The notes beneath the pieces were generated by a model. The model saw only the letters and a program-made list of their open reading frames with translations. It made no database searches and was not told the origin of the DNA. From contig JADGIF010000037.1 in the NCBI GenBank assembly GCA_018985225.1, positions 1 through 30,618 of the forward strand: a stretch of 30,618 bases of DNA, written 5' to 3'. This document shows, piece after piece, positions 1 through 10,454 of the stretch. How positions within the stretch are numbered: position 1 is the first letter of the stretch; each line of letters opens with the position of its first letter. This stretch comes from Amoeboradix gromovi X-113. Lineage: Eukaryota > Fungi > Sanchytriomycota. The translations under genes were made by a program, and so were the position numbers.

Positions 1-70
1 AAATTAATAAAGCTGAAATAATGTTCCAAGTTGTTACAGAAAGTTCGTTCAGTTTTATATTTGATGTCTC
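1..70. mobile_element. Right end of a ~300-bp TIR-bounded non-autonomous element (third copy, cut by window edge)
   Basis: 12-70 (gctgaaataatgttccaagttgttacagaaagttcgttcagttttatatttgatgtctc) aligns to 7733-7792 (cttgaaataatgattcaaactatctcagaaagttagtctagtttttatatttggtgtccc). Confidence 0.7.
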
Positions 71-134
71 TCTTGTCTAGTTAGAAAGAGAGATATTTTT
101 GGTGATGAACAAAATCAATTTACTCTAATACTTG

Positions 135-927
135 TTATTTTAATGATGAACACTTCAGAGGCTTCATTATGGTTGAGGACATTGACTCGACCAATCTAAC
201 AGTGTGGTATACCGTTTCAGGCCAATCCTTCTCTTGCCAAGCCTGTTCTCTTTGATGTTTTCTTGCCAATAAGTCTGGATACTAAGTTAATAGCAAATAC
301 GCCCCATAAATGATGTACTTGATGCAGAGCACCAACCTGAGCAAAGTAAGCACCATAACTTTGACAGTATTTAGTTCTACAAGACAACCCGCGCTTCCAA
401 TAATGTTCCCATTCTAGCAGATAGCCAGGTCTGATACTATAAGTGCGAAGTTCGTATATATTATTGCTGTGGTTATGCTCAAAAGGATCCCAAAAAGAAA
501 AGGAGAGATTAATCTGATTTTCTCTTTTTAAGACAAACTTTCTCAAGTCTTTTTTATACGCATTGTATTCCTTCATTTCATGCAGTATTGCCATCTTATG
601 AGTAAACTGCTCATAGCTTTTAAATTCCCATATATGAATGCCTTTGTCCAATTCACCAATGTCACTTACAAATGATCCTTTCATTGGCACAACTTGCGAA
701 AAAATAGGATAGTACTTGTTTACACAATCCAGATATTCATCAAAGTATTTGGGATTGATGTCGTGAAATGTAAACTCCGTTAGATTATCGGGTTTTGCCA
801 GTAGCTTTGACTGCGCGTCATCCTTGTATGGCATTTCCTGATTATCTACTCCATAAAGTACACTATGCAGTATATTCCTGCTCTTTCTCTTTACTAAACT
901 TGCAAACTGTCGCGAAAAAGTTTGCAT
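135..927 (-). CDS. NIPSNAP family protein; 2 exons (927-301, 281-135)
   Basis: NIPSNAP motifs IYELRTY..PG.L.EW...W and QVGALHQVHHLW. Removing intron 282-300 restores the C-terminus YPDLLARKHQREQAWQEKDWPETVYHTVRLVESMSSTIMKPLKCSSLK* (TAA at 137-135). Confidence 0.9.
282..300 (-). other. 19-nt spliceosomal intron GTATTTGCTATTAACTTAG
   Basis: GT-AG ends; removal shifts the frame and restores the conserved NIPSNAP C-terminus. Confidence 0.9.
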
Positions 928-1742
928 TTCGGTTTCAAGGAATTTTTGTTTATCCTAGGAAACAATTTGGGAATATGTGCACCTATCCTCCAGAGACACT
1001 AAATGTGCGTTTTTGATACAGTAAATTGAAAACTTGGTTTATTTAATAATTACTCTGACAAAGACAGTAAACTATCAAGGATTGACAGAGTTCTTGTCTC
1101 TTTTGCGCTTCTTGTATCTTTGAATGCAGGAAAACAGTAAATGTTAATCGTAAGCGAGTTGCAAACGGGAAATATAAGTGCTCCCAGTCTGGGCTCTAAT
1201 GCAGGAACAACAAAATAAGAAATAAGTTGTTTCTTGAGAAGATGCGACAAAGAACAGGTCGGTTGAGATCCAGAAAACTCATAGCAGAAGATTACCAGTG
1301 GTTTCGGACATGCTAATACTTTACCAACATAGTAAATGTCGCACTGTTTATTTGACCAGGCATGAGAACTCTACTTGGATCCAAAGAGCCTGAATGACCT
1401 GCAGCTATAAATTATTTTGCAAATTCGGCCCCACATGACATGCCCTGTGAATAGTTAAATTTGTTAAAGCGGAAGCTAATCTCTTGAAGGTCCAAGTGTG
1501 CGTTAGAGTTCATTCTGATGCAGTCGTGTATTGAGAATTGAATATGGACTATGGCAATATTAAAATATTGTGGGCAGCGCTGAAAATCTTACCTGCATAA
1601 ATGTGTTATTGCCAACAATGACTTATCACTTAAACCATGAGTGACGAATACGGGACTTGTGTTTGTAAATAGTGACTTGTGGATCAACTCGAACCACATT
1701 TAGCAACTGCAAAAGTAGTCTTAAATAATTGTGGTAGATTAT

Positions 1743-3731
1743 TTATTGCAAGTTATATTTTTTCAATTCTGCAAGTAATGCCTGAATGGGATGCGGCTGT
1801 CTTTTAAATGGGTATCTTTTGTTCGAATTGACTGTGCTTGTCTTGTTCTCATCAAAAAACACTCTGTCTAAAAGTGTCAAGTAACTGCTGTATGTCACAA
1901 TAAAAAACTCGCTTGTCTTCTTTTGCAAATAATTCACCAGTTCTGAATGCTCAAATGACATGGGTATGGCATACATTATATCTTGAAGCATACTTCGCCA
2001 TAAATTACTAAACTCCTCGCTGGTTTGTTCCAGCAAGTCCTGGCTGGGCTTTTCAACCTGGTCAAGTGTGAATTCATCTAATACATTCATTAGTCCAGGA
2101 AATGCGTAACGCAACATGTCCTTACAGAAGCCATCTACCAATGAATCAAACAATTTGTAGTGCCTTTCTTTTTGAGGCAATTCAAACTTATCTAATAAAC
2201 CTCGGATACCTACATCTATGACATACATGTTCTTTAGTATTATGCTGTGATAGTGCAAGATAGTAGTAGAGTGCTGTCTACTATAACCCTGTAAGCAGGC
2301 TATATAGGCGTTGTAGCTTGTAAATATCATGTCCCATAGTTCGGTGAATATTACACCATGGGCGTTAATATGGATCGACATACTAAATATGTCAAGCATA
2401 CATCTAGATCCTTGTAATAGCACAACATCCTTGGGCTGTAATGTCTGTAGTATATTGTATTCTGCTTGATTTTGTTGTTTAACGTTCTTTTTGGTATTGT
2501 TCTCCAAGTAAAGTATCAGATCTTTCAGGTACTGTCTTACTATAGTGCTGGTTTCTATCTGTAGATTACTTAATCTTAGTTCCTGCTTCGAGATTGGTGT
2601 TGAATTACCAAGATAAGTCATTGTTTGCAACAATACCATTGAGTTGGTTAAACTAGACTTAACCAACATGGAGTGCAGGGTAGTGAATACCAACTGATGC
2701 GTGGATTTGAAGACATCAAAATCAGGATGTCTTGGTTCTTTTTTGCTGATGCTCATTGTGCTTAAATGGAAAAAGTCCAATAAAAATGATCTCTCGCTGG
2801 ACCACGTATCTACCAATACCTTCAATAGCCCTTGAGCTACTTTTATTGGACTGATCTTATGATTTGGGCTCATAAACACCACGTGTTTCTCTGGTTTTAA
2901 TAACTCGTCAATGTTGTCGATATAGTAGAAACTCGGTGTATTTTGACAGGGTTTCAGCCAGTCAGTAAATGGCATAATGTCAGGATCCGGTATACACGAC
3001 TGTTTTAATGACGAAATGTACTCGGAGAACAATTTGAAGTAATAGTTCTCAACAATCGTAACATACTCCTGTCTTATTTTTGTATAAGTGTCAGGATAAG
3101 TTTTTTTAAGCATTTTAATAGCTGGTGCACATACTTTGAGTTTCTGATGACGAATCAAAATGTTGGTGTTGGGATGTTCCTTTATATAGTTGAGGTGGAT
3201 ATCAAAGTAAGAGCATAGTTTATCAAGTCCATATTTGCATAGTAGCTCAACATTAGGAAGCACTTTGCCCGTTACCTGCCAATGAGGGCGATGTTTAAGA
3301 TGGTCTAGAATAGTCAAAATGATGTTAAAATCTTGAATCCAGACTAAATTGACTTCTGTTAAAGTCAGCTTAACTATACTCTCCGGCTTTAATACAGAAT
3401 GATCAATTATTTGTGTAAGCATTTCTTTTAATTCTAAAAAACGAGCTAGTTGGGTCTGCTGTTTGTTTACCTGCTGTAGTATGCTCAATGCATTTGATTT
3501 CTTTATTTTATACTGAACAGAGCCAAGAGCCGTGGTGCTAAGTGTGTTGATCTTTGATATCGTAGCTTGTTCCTTAACAAAAGTATCAAATGCGTGCGCA
3601 TCCTGGTTCAAAGGTGTTTTTAAAAATTCTAGGTTGTTCTCGATATCTTCTAGAGATACTAGCTCTAAATGAAGATAAAATTCTTCCTGTTTCTGCATCA
3701 GCGCAACCAGATCATCTGCTATAGAAGGCAT
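1743..3731 (-). CDS. Vps52/Sac2-like GARP complex subunit (probable ATG at 3731, MPSIADDL)
   Basis: Long helical protein. The N-terminal coiled coil (LEDIENNL), HPNTNILIRHQKL and IRQEYV..V..YY..LF..YI..L resemble Vps52. The ORF-track start at 3770 is TTG, so the first ATG is used. Confidence 0.65.
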   Translation of the reverse strand: MPSIADDLVALMQKQEEFYLHLELVSLEDIENNLEFLKTPLNQDAHAFDTFVKEQATISKINTLSTTALGSVQYKIKKSNALSILQQVNKQQTQLARFLELKEMLTQIIDHSVLKPESIVKLTLTEVNLVWIQDFNIILTILDHLKHRPHWQVTGKVLPNVELLCKYGLDKLCSYFDIHLNYIKEHPNTNILIRHQKLKVCAPAIKMLKKTYPDTYTKIRQEYVTIVENYYFKLFSEYISSLKQSCIPDPDIMPFTDWLKPCQNTPSFYYIDNIDELLKPEKHVVFMSPNHKISPIKVAQGLLKVLVDTWSSERSFLLDFFHLSTMSISKKEPRHPDFDVFKSTHQLVFTTLHSMLVKSSLTNSMVLLQTMTYLGNSTPISKQELRLSNLQIETSTIVRQYLKDLILYLENNTKKNVKQQNQAEYNILQTLQPKDVVLLQGSRCMLDIFSMSIHINAHGVIFTELWDMIFTSYNAYIACLQGYSRQHSTTILHYHSIILKNMYVIDVGIRGLLDKFELPQKERHYKLFDSLVDGFCKDMLRYAFPGLMNVLDEFTLDQVEKPSQDLLEQTSEEFSNLWRSMLQDIMYAIPMSFEHSELVNYLQKKTSEFFIVTYSSYLTLLDRVFFDENKTSTVNSNKRYPFKRQPHPIQALLAELKKYNLQ

Positions 3732-4049
3732 GTGTTTCAAAAAATTGAGTTCACTTATGGAAACACGCAAGTATAATGATTTTATGAGACTTTTCTGCTG
3801 TGCTTGTAGCTGAAATATCTTAAGTATATCGCTTTTTTAGTTAGACAGCTGGACTTCTTTTATTATCGTGAACGTCATTTTGTTTCCTAGAAATACTTCC
3901 GCATGCACCAGATCTACTTTTATGATAATGATTTGTATGTGTGTAGTGGTTTGGTAACATTTGTGTGCTGTAGTTTGGCGCCTGATTACTGCTAGAGTCC
4001 AATAATTCCCTTTTTCAACATGATTACCGCTTTTCTCTCATTCTAAATT

Positions 4050-4445
4050 TCATTAGGTATGTCCCGTCTGCCTGAATTGCATTTCCACAATTGGATTTAC
4101 TTGTAAATCAAGTTGACAGTAATTTCGTATTCGTTGTTCGCAGCTCTATTGAACGCTGATAAACTGCTTAAATTCTTATAAAGTTCTCTTCAGATAAGCC
4201 TAAGAAGATTAATGAAAAATCACCATATCTTATGGTAGCATTAGATGAGATAAGGTATCCCATTGACAAACGTCAGACCCTATAGGGTTTCAGATTTTAT
4301 GTACTCAAAGTAACGTCTTGTCTTGCTGATTCAGTCTTGTTAGATTTCAAACACTATTGCCAGTTGTTACGTGCATAAGCTTTAAAAGCTGCAAGCTCAT
4401 CCGAGGAAATTCTTGATTCTCTCGGAAATCAAAACTTTTAAAGAG
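4050..4445 (-). pseudogene. Decayed Fanzor/TnpB remnant (C-terminal half, family A)
   Basis: Colinear fragments on the minus strand: SLKVLISERIKNF (~4443-4405), TLSH (~4255-4244), FIRI*AVY (~4182-4159), NCG...AD/RDI (~4092-4058). Nucleotide similarity to 10200-10250, 22225-22265 and 26690-26725. Confidence 0.6.
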
Positions 4446-4555
4446 AAGTAACTTTATTGAACAACAGTGAAAGATCTACCTGGATAATTCTGCCTCGCGA
4501 AATTATTTAAAATTTAGTGTATATTTTACAGTGTTTCCACCTTGAAACTACTTGA

Positions 4556-4984
4556 ATGAGTAAACAAACCAAAAGACGAACTTGGGATGTAAATGACTAC
4601 AAAAATATGGAGAAAGGCAAAAAAAACAACACTAAACTAAAGTACACAAGAAAGGAAGATCGAGTCACTGCAGTTCTGGATTTGAATTTAGAGAAAGCAG
4701 TAGGAAAACGATTTATAGATTCTACGCAACAAGCAGGTTACATGTGCAAGATATGTAGTTTGTTGTATTCAGATTCTCAGTCATATTTAGATCATATAAA
4801 TAGCAGAATGCATCAAATATCTGCCGGAATAAGTGATATTCCAGAAAAAGTATCGTTGAAGCAAGTAATTGATCGGATTGAATATTGGAAGAATCAGAAG
4901 CCTGAATCGGAAACAGTAGAGCAAGTAAAGAAGAGAGTGCTATCTCATCAATTGGAAATGCGAAAAAAGAAAAAAATCGCGTGA
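4556..4984 (+). CDS. SNU23: Snu23/ZMAT2 U4/U6.U5 zinc-finger splicing factor
   Basis: RRTWD N-terminus; AGYMCKIC...DS.SYLDHINSRMHQ matrin-type zinc finger; SL.QV..R. Confidence 0.9.
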   Translation: MSKQTKRRTWDVNDYKNMEKGKKNNTKLKYTRKEDRVTAVLDLNLEKAVGKRFIDSTQQAGYMCKICSLLYSDSQSYLDHINSRMHQISAGISDIPEKVSLKQVIDRIEYWKNQKPESETVEQVKKRVLSHQLEMRKKKKIA

Positions 4985-5004
4985 TAGAATTATAAAGCCA
5001 TTTT

Positions 5005-5877
5005 ATGTATGAAGTATATGTAGTTGTACTTGAAATGGGGTTTCTTACAGCTGGATTTGCTATAATATGCACTAGTATTAAAGAAATATATTACATCCAA
5101 AACTTGAGATTGAAATTAAAGGTAATGCTGCTTAGTAGAGCACTGATATTGTCGCCAACTTTTGCATGCATGATTTCTGAAAGATTTGTTGCGTTAGAGA
5201 AACAAACATTCACGTATGATCCAAGTACGCTAGCGTCGACATTAGATCTTAATTCAGCAGAGGAAGTGATGATTAATATAAATTCATTTGCAAATGGAAT
5301 GTTGTCAATATGGTTCATGCTTACTTTGAGCACGCTAACCTCAAAGAGGTTTACAAGGTTACAAAGATTCTTCCAAATTACTACTTGCGCTTATTTCTTT
5401 AACAATATGCTTATATACGGTGGGGTATACTATGCCTACCGTCCAATGCATACTTACCTATTTACAGCTCTGGAGTGGGGAATTATTATATTCAATGATT
5501 TTAGAACGCTTAAAATATTATCAACGATTAAGATAGACGAGGCCAAACGAAAGAGCTTGGTTGAAAATGTGAGGAGCTCATACAGGGCTGCATCGTTTTT
5601 TTATGTGGGAATGGGTGCCACGTTTTTTTTCTTAGTTGCATTAAATATATACAGTGTTGCAAGTGTAATCGTGACCTTGTTATGGCTTGTTAGTTCAATT
5701 TATTATAAGAACTCTGCCAAAGTGTTTTCTTATTTGGATTACGTACATATCTTTATAAACTCAACAATAAAGATAGAATCGAACACGGGAGATACCGAGA
5801 TGAAGGTGTACGGAATCACTATGCCTGTCACAGGCCAGCTGGAAGATTCAAGCGGAAATACAGATACAAATAAATGA
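5005..5877 (+). CDS. Hypothetical multi-pass membrane protein
   Basis: 290-aa ORF with about 6-7 hydrophobic segments. Start uncertain (alternative ATGs at 5035 and 5125). Confidence 0.6.
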   Translation: MYEVYVVVLEMGFLTAGFAIICTSIKEIYYIQNLRLKLKVMLLSRALILSPTFACMISERFVALEKQTFTYDPSTLASTLDLNSAEEVMININSFANGMLSIWFMLTLSTLTSKRFTRLQRFFQITTCAYFFNNMLIYGGVYYAYRPMHTYLFTALEWGIIIFNDFRTLKILSTIKIDEAKRKSLVENVRSSYRAASFFYVGMGATFFFLVALNIYSVASVIVTLLWLVSSIYYKNSAKVFSYLDYVHIFINSTIKIESNTGDTEMKVYGITMPVTGQLEDSSGNTDTNK

Positions 5878-6043
5878 ATTTATACAATTTTGCTTGTCCT
5901 CTGGAAAATTTCTTTGAGCCTAGTGCTGTATAACTACTCTTAGAGCTTGAACCATCATTTGCCTTCGATTCTGGAAATCTTGCCACAGCACAGCATTCCA
6001 ATTCCTCAAGTCAGGTCCACTTGAAACTTTTAAAAAGACTCAA

Positions 6044-7430
6044 ATGTCAGTAGCAGACATGAATGATGCAATCATATATCTCAATCAGCAATTTTCAGAT
6101 GAATCTAGTTTATATGATCACCTTGTAAGTTCTATGAGAACTATTTTGTATGAAAGACCTGCACATCCAAAGAAGGCATTTGCCATTTTAACTGACTTGA
6201 AAGTGACAGCCAAATCCTCTTCAGCAGTTGAAAGTGTAGCTGAGCAAAAAAACAATGATAAAATACAGGAATTGTTGCAATTTGTTCCGAAAGAAGAAAG
6301 AAATGTCCAGGATATTGGAAAACTTCATTACTTACTTGAAAATGCCGGAATCCCAATGTCTCTAAATGAATCAAAACTTTTAGCTGCCTCGATTGAAAGA
6401 CTCTCCGAAAATAAATCCTTGAACTCATCTAGATTTTGGGGTAGACTTGATATTGGTGCCGATAACCATTACTATATCGTTGAAGCAGATGCAGAGGAAA
6501 ATCAGAATAGCTATGATGCAAGCGTTTACGATAAGTTAAGCAGCAGTCCGAGGCCTGTAGCTCAAAATTCTCAAGCATTTAAGCCTGTTCCAGTGGAGGA
6601 GCACGATGGTCCCAATAAGTATGTATACTTTGCATGTAAATTCCTTTATGACGAGTGGCTAATGCTTCCTGAAGTTATACCATATCATATTACCGCTTCA
6701 AGAAATCAAAAATTGGCATTCACCGGTAATTTACAAAGCATAGTTCGCGGCCATCCACCATTTTTTGGAAATGAATCACAGTTGTTAAGGACCCAGATTG
6801 CTAGAATCACGGCATCTACGACTATTGCGCCGGTCAACTTCTACATTCTGGATGAACAGGATGATCAGGCAAAAGCTGAAATCATTTTAAATCCTGAATA
6901 CCAACCTGAAAGCGCACATGAGATGTCAAAATTGCAAAATTGGATGCATACAACAAGCTATTTGTTGCCCCAAGGTAGATGCAACTGGGCATCCACCAAG
7001 GCTGCTGATGTAAGTAAGGAGGAGGATGATGAACAATTCACAGATAGTAACGTATCGAATGGCGAAGATGACAAAGTAGAAGTAGGACCCAGTTTACTTA
7101 GCACTATTGATCAAGATGATGGTAACTGTAACTTATTTAGCTCACTTTGATTTACCTGCATGGTCTGCCCGCATCTATGGCATACAATCCAAATCAAAAA
7201 CTGTTTTATTGAGAAACCATAAATGGCCGGGAGCTTACGCAGTTTTTCAGCAAGGCACGTTTTATAACGTTTATATTGGCAATGGTCAAAAGGACTTTGT
7301 TGTTGACAGAAGCATTTCAATTTCGAATCAAATGGAAGAGGTATGTAGAGACGAAGAGCAAGACCCTGAACCTGAAATTGAGAGGATTGAGTTGGCACAG
7401 CAACAAGCAGAGGAAACTCTCGATGAATAA
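6044..7430 (+). CDS. Radial spoke head protein RSPH4/6 family; 2 exons (6044-7121, 7141-7430)
   Basis: Motifs SLYDHL, RFWG....NHYYIVEA, GPNKYVYFAC, GNESQLLRTQIARITASTTIAP, LLPQGRC and, after the intron, W...RNHKWPGAYA...NVYIGNGQK. Confidence 0.9.
7122..7140 (+). other. 19-nt spliceosomal intron GTAACTGTAACTTATTTAG
   Basis: Joins ORF 6044.. to ORF ..7430 in frame (DQDDA-HFDLPAWSAR). Confidence 0.88.
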
Positions 7431-7490
7431 ATTTTTTTATTTACAATGTTGAAGATTTAAAATGTCGAAATTTTCAAGTTAAGAGCTTTT

Positions 7491-7792
7491 GAGACATCAA
7501 ATATAAAAACTAGACCAAGTCGTCTTTAAAGGAGGTGCTCCATGAGGAGGAAATACTAATATTAATAAAAGTCCTTTTTCTTCGTACAACCTGTTTTTGT
7601 TTTCTAATGTCATTCCCCTCTTTAAAATAAGACAAGATGACCCACTCTCTTTCAAATAAGGTCTTTGAGTGTCTAAGCAAAATGTGCAACCAATAAGATA
7701 ATTTAATGTAACTTACTATCGGTTAATACACACTTGAAATAATGATTCAAACTATCTCAGAAAGTTAGTCTAGTTTTTATATTTGGTGTCCC
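7491..7792. mobile_element. ~302-bp MITE-like element with 25-bp TIRs; left 200 nt fold extensively
   Basis: 7491-7515 GAGACATCAAATATAAAAACTAGAC matches the reverse complement of 7768-7792 (GGGACACCAAATATAAAAACTAGAC) at 23/25. Second copy at 27034. Confidence 0.8.
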
Positions 7793-8632
7793 AGATGGCA
7801 GGTTGTACATGTGCATGTCCCCAATTTGTTTTTCTTCAGAGAGACACAACTCGTGTAAGTTCTTCCTTGCATTCCACAATGCCTTACTAGCCATTAACCA
7901 AATAAGAAGGACAGCGTTCTGTTTTAATTCAGTAAAAAAATTTCTAACAGACGGGACATGCACTACAAAAACTAGACAAAACAAAATGTATCCAAATTTC
8001 AAAAATAAACAGTCTGTATAGCTATTCTTTTGCCCTTTCATCCAGTCTTTATTTTAGATTTGTACGGTAACTATTGACTTTATGATTTCAAATACAATTC
8101 AATCAGAGTTGAAAGAAGAGGATTGCCACTTACAAAACATGAAAAGAGAGCGCAATTCCGCTGATGAAGAGAGCAGACCACCCTCAAAACGAGAGGCACG
8201 ATCCAAGTGCAATTACACCTATCAAACCAGCATGAAGTATGATGACAGAGAAAGAAAGAAAGTGCGTTATAAAAAGGTAAAAGAACGGGATAAAAAAGTA
8301 ATTTATTATGGAGATGCAGTCTACTTTTTACAGAGTGTGTCCCAAATGGGGACAAAGTGAAATATCAATCTCGCAGATGTGAAAGTTCGAGCTAGTATAC
8401 CCACTGTGCATCGAGGAATGAGCGCAAGCTATACCTGTTTCCAAGTCACAGAAAGACTTGAGCAAGATGAAAGAATTTATATTCAAGAATAGGATAAGTA
8501 ACGAGCCGTCAACCACGGTATTGGCGGCACATCACGGTAAAACTTAAATGAATATTTAAACTTCACGAAAGAGATGTCTACTTCTGTAGGCGTGCCTAGT
8601 CGGAAGGTTGAAAAATGAGTGAATAATTTATT

Positions 8633-9562
8633 TCAATCTGACGCTTTACGAACACAAGCAGATGGGAAAAATCCTTCTTTGTGGGAGGAAAGATTGTATC
8701 CTAAATACCAACCATCACCAAATACTGTAGTAACTCTAATAAAATCACCAATTTTTAAATCTAACTCATCGTCCAACGTAGGGTTGTACGGATGCATTAC
8801 CAAGACATTTTTACCCTCCAAAGATACCGGAGAGATGTCTACGTCAGATGTTACTACTTTTTCGGCAACCTGATTCTTTTCTTTCTTAATACTTTGAACA
8901 GTTTTTTTCTTATATTTTCTAAACACAAAAATTCCAGTTACTATTACTAATATAGTTCCTAGAACTATAAGTACCAATGCTAATGAGGAAATGTTTTGCG
9001 GCTCTTTCAATGTTGTGTTTTCTGTATTTGACATTGATCGCAGCGAAACACAATCTGTAGATGCAGAGAGATACCGGTATTGTGGTAACGGTTTACCATA
9101 ACACGAATTCTTTATTATATCTACACTTGATTGCCTTATACCTATCGAGGTTTCAACACATCCGCCATTTGGAAACACTTGGCTTTGTATCTTCGCAGAA
9201 TAATCTAAACATGAACTAGAGCACATATATTTGCGATTTTCATTCAGGTCATCACATTGAATACTCGCTCCTGCATAGTAAGCGCATAAATATAGCCTTC
9301 TTTCTTCTATAAATGGACCATTGTATGTGGACTTAGTAGGATCGCAATTTAGATCTTGCAACAAAGATGTAGTGTTTAGTTTTTTAGCCATAAACTCGTC
9401 AAATGAAACAACATCTGTGAATAGCACATTATTATTCTCTATAATCGCACTCAACTGCAAGTCGTAATCAGAGCACGATGCAGTGTCTCTGGTCGAAAAG
9501 CAAGCTAATACTAAAGCTCCGAAAATTAGTAGCGACATTTGAGTTGGCAAGGCACCATCCAT
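8633..9562 (-). CDS. Type I membrane protein: signal peptide, Cys-rich ectodomain, TM, C-terminal SH3
   Basis: Hydrophobic N-terminus; Cys-rich middle; TM LALVLIVLGTILVIVTGIFVF followed by RKYKKK; SH3 YNPTLDDELDLKIGD...DGWYLG...GFFPSACV. Confidence 0.85.
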   Translation of the reverse strand: MDGALPTQMSLLIFGALVLACFSTRDTASCSDYDLQLSAIIENNNVLFTDVVSFDEFMAKKLNTTSLLQDLNCDPTKSTYNGPFIEERRLYLCAYYAGASIQCDDLNENRKYMCSSSCLDYSAKIQSQVFPNGGCVETSIGIRQSSVDIIKNSCYGKPLPQYRYLSASTDCVSLRSMSNTENTTLKEPQNISSLALVLIVLGTILVIVTGIFVFRKYKKKTVQSIKKEKNQVAEKVVTSDVDISPVSLEGKNVLVMHPYNPTLDDELDLKIGDFIRVTTVFGDGWYLGYNLSSHKEGFFPSACVRKASD

Positions 9563-9999
9563 TTTTCAATATACAACCTCAATGCTGATTGGTTCTAGCA
9601 TCATCCACCAATTGGTTCACCTTCCGAAAATGTTGAAACGCCCCACCAGTCTAGGAAAATCTTGCCAAACTATCTCGTAAAATTGGCTCGTTTCCGTCTA
9701 TTTGTGCCGATTTAGTGTTTAATATGCCTCTTAACTAATAAGCGACATTTATGTGTTGATAGCAGCGCTCTACACTGATCAGAGACTTGGAGGTCCCGGA
9801 CTATTGAAAGATGCAATTCTATAGTCTTTACTTACGGCAAAAACTGCATAACACTTGAGCATAATATAAAACGGCTTTCTGTTAGATGCTGCATGATGCC
9901 TGCTCTAACGATGGTACCTGGAAGGGATATACAACTTGAAAACAGTGATAAAGAGGCAAAAAGATCATTACAAGCGACATTCTGCGACAGATAAATGAT

Positions 10000-10265
10000 T
10001 CGGCATTTTAGAAAGCGCAAGAGAAATAAACACTAAACCAAATTGAAATGCGAAAATATCAAATAAATTAGAGTTCGCATCAACTGTAGGCCACTTGTGT
10101 AGATACAGTTTAAGCATATTTTTGCCTAGGTTAATATTTCTATGATCTTCATGGTCGCAATTACAACATCTGATGAATTTTCTCGATTGGTGATTGCTAG
10201 TTTCTTTGGAAATTCTCGATTTTCTCGGAGATCAGGACTTTTAAACGAGAGTCATTAACGAGAAC
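10000..10265 (-). pseudogene. Internally deleted Fanzor/TnpB remnant (family A)
   Basis: RLKVLISEKIENF (~10248-10210), then CNCDHEDHRNINLGKNML (10165-10111), a degenerate CxxC..xRDxNAAxNI. Homologous at nucleotide level to 24970-25140, including ~100 nt beyond the motif. Confidence 0.7.
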
Positions 10266-10454
10266 AAGGTGCCACTGATAACAAATCGTATAAAACAGCA
10301 GCGCGAAATCCGTGGGCTAACAAATGCAGATACATAGGATTTAGATGATTGTGAGCCGAGTCATACTCAAAGAATAGCGGAAAAAGTAAAATAGATGATT
10401 TGAATGGCTGACAATAACTAACTTAGTTTTTATATCAGTGTCACATATAACAGT

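Noticed and set aside
1380-1700. LRR pseudogene (ELYLD, LWINSNHI fragments)
   Set aside because: No regular LRR periodicity could be established.
7491-7687. The structured repeat as an snRNA, tRNA, hammerhead ribozyme or CRISPR repeat
   Set aside because: No U1/U2/U5/U6 hallmark sequences, no cloverleaf, no CTGATGA/GAAA core, and no regular repeat-spacer array.
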